DNA of 62,833 nt from a virus. Its lineage: Duplodnaviria > Caudoviricetes. Shown one piece after another: positions 56,506 to 62,833 of this stretch. Numbering within the stretch: the stretch's first letter is position 1; every line of letters begins with the position of its first letter. A program made the translations under genes and the position numbers. Location: positions 1 through 62,833 of IMG/VR virus record IMGVR_UViG_3300023184_000120; one strand, written 5' to 3'. The notes beneath the pieces are model-generated. The model searched no databases. It was not told the DNA's origin and worked only from the letters and a program-made list of their open reading frames with translations.

Positions 56506-57076
56506 CTGTCTTCTCTTGCGTCACATCAACCACATCGATCACACCCATGAACCTGTTGAGCTTGTCTTTAATGCGTGTCTCTAGCTCTACGTCCGACATG
56601 GTTTCTTTTTTGACCTCAACCCGTTCAGTAAACAGCGCCACCTCCGTCACCGTCCCCAACATCTGCAATGCTTTAAGGCGTATGCGTGCGTCTGGATGTT
56701 TGACTTCGTCTAGGATCTTAGCCACTGCGTAGCCCCTAAGCTCTCTGGCCTGCTCGACAAACGCCCAATCGTAGGCAGTGAGCATACCCACTAAATGCTG
56801 CACCGCAGCAGGAGCCTTAATGTTAGCAAGCGCTTGCTGTGTGTTCTGTGGTGGCTGGCCTGTGACTAAAGAAGCAAAGGAATTCCTTGCCGCCTGAGCG
56901 TCTGCCTTGGACTCTGCTTCATCGTCGTCTAGCTCTAACTCTTTTAGCCAGTTTGCCGTTTGGACTTGTGCGTCAATGATGTCTGCTGGCGCTGCGTCAG
57001 CAAAAGGCAACGGCGTAGCCGTGGTCATATCGACCACGCTTGGTTCAAACTCGCCGTTAATCAAATGTTCTAGCAT
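56495..57076 (-). CDS. terS: Putative terminase small subunit
   Basis: Directly upstream of and overlapping TerL; RLKALQMLG...V.LF motif. Confidence 0.65.
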   Translation of the reverse strand: MLEHLINGEFEPSVVDMTTATPLPFADAAPADIIDAQVQTANWLKELELDDDEAESKADAQAARNSFASLVTGQPPQNTQQALANIKAPAAVQHLVGMLTAYDWAFVEQARELRGYAVAKILDEVKHPDARIRLKALQMLGTVTEVALFTERVEVKKETMSDVELETRIKDKLNRFMGVIDVVDVTQEKTDEA

Positions 57077-57142
57077 TGCGTAGGTTGGCGCCGGAGCTGC
57101 CCCTGCGGGCGCTCACTTGGCGCTTGTTGCCTCGTTGCAGTT

Positions 57143-57172
57143 AGTGTACACTTCTTTTCGGCAATGGTGCAA
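57143..57172 (-). promoter_or_regulatory. Sigma70-like promoter for the packaging/structural operon
   Basis: TTGCAC-18 nt-TACACT on the - strand, about 65 bp upstream of terS. Confidence 0.55.
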
Positions 57173-57218
57173 GTTTTTGTTCTGTTGCTTCTCCTTGATG
57201 GATGGTTGCCATCCTCTT

Positions 57219-57253
57219 TGCCCCACTAGTTGACGCTGGTGGGGCATTTTTTT
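57219..57253 (+). terminator. Intrinsic terminator-like hairpin
   Basis: TGCCCCACTAG...CTGGTGGGGCA followed by T7. Confidence 0.6.
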
Positions 57254-57262
57254 ATATAGTAT

Positions 57263-57278
57263 TGTCCAACGTTTGACA
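57263..57278. promoter_or_regulatory. 16-bp operator-like palindrome
   Basis: TGTCCAACGTTTGACA, matches copies at 1943 and 9743. Confidence 0.55.
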
Positions 57279-57512
57279 TGGTACCTTAGAAATTTTTTAA
57301 AATTTTATGGGGGGTGGGGTGTTGCGGTCAGGAATTTGAAAAATTGGATTTGTGGTTATGAAACAGTGTTTATAGCCGCTAGCTACCACGTTCTCACATA
57401 GGGGAGTGGGGGATGGGTGGGGTTCTTTGTATTCAGATATAGCCCCCAAAGCAGAATAAAGTACCCATTTGGTAATATAGAGACATCGGTTGGGAGATAG
57501 CCCAGCCGATAC

Positions 57513-57529
57513 GGGGAGACATTCTCCCC
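57513..57529. repeat. GGGGAG-N5-CTCCCC palindrome, intergenic
   Basis: GGGGAG ACATT CTCCCC. Confidence 0.85.
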
Positions 57530-57562
57530 GATACAACCATTAGTCAATTCAAGGAGAACACC

Positions 57563-58033
57563 ATGACTAAAGCTAAAGCAATCACACTTTCATTCGAGCA
57601 ATTCGCAGAGGGCTGTGGCAGATCAGATGGCATGACACTCAACGCAAGTGATGAGTACCACAAGCAATACCTACGGCTAGACTCTGACGGCAAGGCGAAC
57701 TGGGAACAACGCTATGTGTGCAACTACATTGTCGGCTACACCGATTCACGCAAGACCATGCCAAGCATGACGCTCAAGCAAGCAACTGATGCCTTCGGCA
57801 TGAAGCGCACAGAACGCTCACGCAACGAGGAACTAGCCGTCAATGCGGGCAAGGCAAAGTTCCGCTACCACATCAGTCGCCCTGAGAAATCAAGTGGCAA
57901 GAAACCTGTGGTGCGCTTCACCGCAGAGCAACGCACCGCTTGCGACAATGCCTTGGCATCTTTCCCTGCTACCAAGCTTGCAGATCAGATCAAGATGTTG
58001 CGTGCTTACCTGACTTCTTTAGAAGCTCAATAA
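57563..58033 (+). CDS. First early gene, hypothetical protein
   Basis: AAGGAG RBS; first ORF of the + arm; flanked on both sides by the palindrome. Confidence 0.75.
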   Translation: MTKAKAITLSFEQFAEGCGRSDGMTLNASDEYHKQYLRLDSDGKANWEQRYVCNYIVGYTDSRKTMPSMTLKQATDAFGMKRTERSRNEELAVNAGKAKFRYHISRPEKSSGKKPVVRFTAEQRTACDNALASFPATKLADQIKMLRAYLTSLEAQ

Positions 58034-58036
58034 TCT

Positions 58037-58053
58037 GGGGAGACTTTCTCCCC
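58037..58053. repeat. GGGGAG-N5-CTCCCC palindrome, intergenic
   Basis: GGGGAG ACTTT CTCCCC. Confidence 0.85.
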
Positions 58054-58145
58054 GATTCTCCAGATCACCGCAAGGGCGAGGCTCTTGCGGTGTTTCTTTT
58101 CCTGTCCAATTCGTTTCACTCAATAATCTCAAGGAGTCAATAATC

Positions 58146-58244
58146 ATGAGCAAACAACACCTTTCCCTCATCAAACAGATCATGTATCACGCATATCGTG
58201 AGGCGTGCCGTAACAACCGCCCCATGTCAATCATCATTCGTTGA
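58146..58244 (+). CDS. 32-aa peptide (MSKQHLSLIKQIMYHAYREACRNNRPMSIIIR)
   Basis: Translated by hand; AAGGAG RBS. Confidence 0.55.
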   Translation: MSKQHLSLIKQIMYHAYREACRNNRPMSIIIR

Positions 58245-58256
58245 AAGGAGATCGTC

Positions 58257-58496
58257 ATGCGTAACCTCATTCAGCCCATCACAAAAGAGCGTGGCACTAT
58301 TCGTGTCGGTGGCTTTGACTACCATATGCAAACCATCAGCTACGGCTCACAGAACCACATCCATGTCTTTCGCAAGCAAGCACCGCACAAGCGAGGGCTT
58401 GTCTTCCTCAACGCACAGGAATACATAGCATGGATGAACAATAGTGCTCAACTAAAGCTGCCTTTTGGGGAGACTTCCTCCCCAACTGCACTATAG
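58257..58496 (+). CDS. Small early hypothetical protein
   Basis: AAGGAG RBS; ORF track. Confidence 0.7.
   Translation: MRNLIQPITKERGTIRVGGFDYHMQTISYGSQNHIHVFRKQAPHKRGLVFLNAQEYIAWMNNSAQLKLPFGETSSPTAL
58467..58483. repeat. GGGGAG-N5-CTCCCC palindrome inside a CDS
   Basis: GGGGAG ACTTC CTCCCC, encodes GETSSP. Confidence 0.85.
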
Positions 58497-58499
58497 TGC

Positions 58500-58860
58500 G
58501 AGATTATTGAGGCAAAAAACAAGACACGGCCAAATGTCCAACACTACAACCCGTTGACTAATTTGCGTGTAACCCTCTAACCCGCATGAACACTAGCGTT
58601 GCGCAAAAACTGTCCTTTCTATCTATCTATATAATATATAAATAGATATAGATATGTATGTATCAGGGGGTGAGCATTTCCGCTTTCTCAAAGACTTTCT
58701 TTTTTTGTTTGGCTATAGCCGTTCAGAAATAAGGTAGATACATCGGACACTTTTCGTGCTAAGCTAGCACTGGTGCGGGTTCAGAACCTACACGCTTCTT
58801 AGTCCACGCCCTGTAGTGTTGGACATTTGGCCGCCCCTCAATTTTGGAGTCAATAATCTC
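58500..58860. repeat. 130-bp imperfect inverted repeat around an AT-rich core, candidate replication origin
   Basis: Arms 58500-58629 and 58731-58860 align without gaps (92/130 by hand count); perfect 22-bp core at 58527-58548 and 58812-58833. Confidence 0.8.
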
Positions 58861-59565
58861 ATGTACGAAACCTACATCAAACTTACGCCTAACGAGTTAC
58901 ACAACCGCTTGGTCGAGCGCAAGCTACACGAATCCGAGATCGAACGCATCAAGGCAGAGGTAGCTGACCTCAAGGAATCCTTGCGGGTGAGCAGAATAAC
59001 CAAAACCCAGCGGGAAGCCGAATGGCTTAAGGTGCTGCAACCCCTGCGCTACGAGATCAATAATGCCAAGGTTGGCATGAAATACGGCGGGGAGAAAGTC
59101 TCCCCAGAACGGGCGCTAGCTTTCAGCGAATACATACGCATCATGGAGAAGCTCGTGGCTATGCTCGATGCCCCATCGAAGGCACTCGATCACACGCCCA
59201 TACAGATAGCCCGTGACAAGGGACTGCCCAACGATGGCGAGCACTGGACAGACTGGATACCGGCACGGGTCAAAGACAAGATAGCCTTGCTGTTTGACGC
59301 AGTACCCATCACACCAAGGGGCAAGCGCAAGATACCCTTCCAACGCACGATGCTGCCCCACCAGCACGAGACAGCCAAGGTGAGATTATTGACCAAGACA
59401 AGAAAGGAGATGGAATCCATCATGCGTCAAGCTGGAATCCAGCCTACGCAAGCACGCTTAGACAAGATAGCCAAGATGAAGCGAGCACTCAAGATTATTG
59501 AGGCGCTCGATAAGAACGAAGCAGTGCCAGCTACATGGACAAAACTAAACCTAGGGGGGGACTAA
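58861..59565 (+). CDS. Helical, basic early hypothetical protein
   Basis: GGAG RBS before ATG 58861; HWTDWIP motif. Confidence 0.75.
   Translation: MYETYIKLTPNELHNRLVERKLHESEIERIKAEVADLKESLRVSRITKTQREAEWLKVLQPLRYEINNAKVGMKYGGEKVSPERALAFSEYIRIMEKLVAMLDAPSKALDHTPIQIARDKGLPNDGEHWTDWIPARVKDKIALLFDAVPITPRGKRKIPFQRTMLPHQHETAKVRLLTKTRKEMESIMRQAGIQPTQARLDKIAKMKRALKIIEALDKNEAVPATWTKLNLGGD
59089..59105. repeat. GGGGAG-N5-CTCCCC palindrome inside a CDS, spacer inverted
   Basis: GGGGAG AAAGT CTCCCC is the reverse complement of the ACTTT copies; encodes GEKVSP. Confidence 0.85.
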
Positions 59566-59584
59566 CTACTGTCAACAAATCTTT

Positions 59585-59601
59585 GGGGAGACTTTCTCCC
59601 C
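59585..59601. repeat. GGGGAG-N5-CTCCCC palindrome, intergenic
   Basis: GGGGAG ACTTT CTCCCC. Confidence 0.85.
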
Positions 59602-59664
59602 GAAATGTTCGGCGCTTGGGCAATGCCGTTCACCATCCGCAACCTGCCTACAAGGAGAATCAAA

Positions 59665-59907
59665 ATGAAACTATCCGTAACCATGCTTGACAACAACACC
59701 AAGAGTGCCGTCATCAATGTCGGAAAAAACAACGGGTATATCGAGGCTTTTGTGTGGGAGGGTATTTTGAGCCTCTACGTGTTTAACAAAGAAGGTGACG
59801 TAGTGCATAACTATGCCATCACAGCCAAGGACTTGCGTGCAGAAGGCGGTTGCACTACGCCTAAGTTCGAGCCTGCACAAGAACACTACGAAGGAGAATC
59901 AAAATGA
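59665..59907 (+). CDS. Early hypothetical protein
   Basis: AAGGAGAATCAAAATG start context. Confidence 0.7.
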   Translation: MKLSVTMLDNNTKSAVINVGKNNGYIEAFVWEGILSLYVFNKEGDVVHNYAITAKDLRAEGGCTTPKFEPAQEHYEGESK

Positions 59908-60182
59908 ATTATGAAGGACAAGCTAAAGAGTGGATACAAGACGCACCGCAAATAGACATCCATATTGGGCGGTTCACGCTCAGATTCAAATTGACCATCG
60001 ACAGAGATTGGGGCTGGGCTTGGGAGTATATGAGTTGGCTTGTGCCAGACGATTTCCGAGGCTCGCCTGAGGAGGAGTATTTCTTCGAGCTTTTTGATGA
60101 TTCAAACGCCAGTACGCACGACATGGATTTCATTGACGTACTACTCAAAGAAATGAAAGAGAAACCATTTAAAGGAGAGTGA
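59904..60182 (+). CDS. Early hypothetical protein
   Basis: Identical AAGGAGAATCAAAATG start context; coupled. Confidence 0.7.
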   Translation: MNYEGQAKEWIQDAPQIDIHIGRFTLRFKLTIDRDWGWAWEYMSWLVPDDFRGSPEEEYFFELFDDSNASTHDMDFIDVLLKEMKEKPFKGE

Positions 60183-60493
60183 GCATGGGATTAGATATCA
60201 ACATCCTTAGCGTGCATCGTGCCGTTACTACAAAGCCAGCCGATGCCTACCTCGGCTCACGCTATGACGCAAACCCAAGATGGAAGCAAGTCGCCTACGA
60301 TCGAGACGCTTGGGACTTGCATGAATTACTTGCCAAGCTATATCACAAACAAGGAGGGACACAAGAGGAATTTAACAACGTGAATGTGCGCTTGTACAAG
60401 CGTGACCTACACCTGTTCTATGCACCACTAGCCGAAACGATTTTCGAACACATGAAGCAAGGGCGAGTCGTGTACGCCGAATCTAGTTTTTAA
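60179..60493 (+). CDS. Early hypothetical protein
   Basis: MGLD..., FNNVNVRL, V.Y.SSF pattern seen in small phage proteins. Confidence 0.7.
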   Translation: MSMGLDINILSVHRAVTTKPADAYLGSRYDANPRWKQVAYDRDAWDLHELLAKLYHKQGGTQEEFNNVNVRLYKRDLHLFYAPLAETIFEHMKQGRVVYAESSF

Positions 60494-60508
60494 CCAAGGA
60501 GAAAGCAA

Positions 60509-60727
60509 ATGACCAAAGTCAAACACCTGTCCAACACGCAGCTTGTACACAAGCTCATGAGCAACCCCAACCCGCTGATGCAGGCGTTCGTGATCGAAGC
60601 GATACGACACTACGCAGACCAAACCAAGCTCTCACCATCATGGTCAAGCCAAGGGTTCATAAGCGAAGCCGCATGGCGTGCGTGTGCTGAAGAGGCACTG
60701 GAAGCAATCAACAACAGGAGTAAATGA
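60509..60727 (+). CDS. Early hypothetical protein
   Basis: AAGGAG RBS; LMQAFVIEAI..YA...FIS..AW. Confidence 0.7.
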   Translation: MTKVKHLSNTQLVHKLMSNPNPLMQAFVIEAIRHYADQTKLSPSWSSQGFISEAAWRACAEEALEAINNRSK

Positions 60728-60728
60728 G

Positions 60729-60902
60729 ATGAAACTAACAGTAATCAAAACAAACGATGGGTACATGGTCGAGGATGACACAGGCGACTACATCCATGAC
60801 ATCAACGGCAACAACCTGTTTGATACCCACTCTGAGGCTGAAGATCTGATGCACACACACCTCATGACCTTCGGCACAGATTCAGATAACGGAATGGAGT
60901 AA
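60729..60902 (+). CDS. Small acidic hypothetical protein
   Basis: AGGAG RBS; start moved to MKLTVIK. Confidence 0.6.
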   Translation: MKLTVIKTNDGYMVEDDTGDYIHDINGNNLFDTHSEAEDLMHTHLMTFGTDSDNGME

Positions 60903-60905
60903 AGC

Positions 60906-61145
60906 ATGAGAGTAGTCCGTATTCGTATACACGGGAGATACACAGCCCCATTCAATAACCCGTTCACGGCTAACGCTGTGGTCATGCCAGTTGAGTTATC
61001 CGACTCGATGCGTGATGAGGTACTCAAGAAGTACAAGGATGCCCACTATGTGTTCGATGCAGGCAACCCAATCGTGGGCGAGCACAACACGTTCGAGGTG
61101 TATTCGTTCGATGTAATAGATGACATGGAGGTATCGCTAGCCTGA
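60906..61145 (+). CDS. Early hypothetical protein
   Basis: GGAG RBS; ORF track. Confidence 0.65.
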   Translation: MRVVRIRIHGRYTAPFNNPFTANAVVMPVELSDSMRDEVLKKYKDAHYVFDAGNPIVGEHNTFEVYSFDVIDDMEVSLA

Positions 61146-61179
61146 GCAACAGGCGTGTTAGTTAGTGTGTTAGTTCATT

Positions 61180-61201
61180 CGGGGACTTGTCCCCGATCTT
61201 T
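61180..61201 (+). terminator. Hairpin with CUUG tetraloop before the amidoligase RBS
   Basis: CGGGGA-CTTG-TCCCCG followed by ATCTTT. Confidence 0.45.
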
Positions 61202-61223
61202 ATAAATCAAGGAGAAATAATAT

Positions 61224-62833
<1,610 letters not shown>

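Noticed and set aside
14924-56732. Numerous 60-200 aa + strand ORFs opposite the structural genes
   Set aside because: They lie antisense to well-supported genes, lack RBSs and have shadow-like composition.
57513-59601. GGGGAG palindromes as a CRISPR or mini-CRISPR array
   Set aside because: Spacing is irregular (430-620 bp and more) with genes in between; no cas operon.

Overview
This window is an apparently near-complete, circularly permuted genome of a tailed dsDNA phage with podovirus-like organisation. The host is probably a proteobacterium (weak inference). The + strand arm runs from about 57.5 kb through the window end and on to 14.7 kb. It carries small early genes, an amidoligase plus class II glutamine amidotransferase pair split by the window edge, and a replication module (VRR-NUC, family A DNA polymerase with Leu at position 762, PD-(D/E)XK exonuclease, SNF2-type helicase, SSB-like protein, HTH regulator, primase-helicase). 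The - strand arm (57.1 to 14.7 kb) carries terminase, portal, GroES, scaffold, major capsid, many small basic proteins, head-tail and tail proteins, four paralogous glycine-rich adhesin-like genes, a lysis cassette, ejection-type proteins and a 3668-aa polyvalent protein. I saw no integrase, RNA polymerase, tRNA or CRISPR array. The most striking unexplained signals are: (1) seven GGGGAG-N5-CTCCCC palindromes confined to the early region, three of them inside CDSs; (2) a gap-free 130-bp imperfect inverted repeat around an AT-rich core, a candidate origin; (3) a 16-bp TGTC-N8-GACA operator-like palindrome at three promoter regions; (4) a double-pseudoknot-like leader after the capsid gene; (5) a recurring hydrophobic-x-x-GG peptide motif shared by internal virion proteins and small basic proteins. 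All family calls come from motif recognition by eye; no database search was run.
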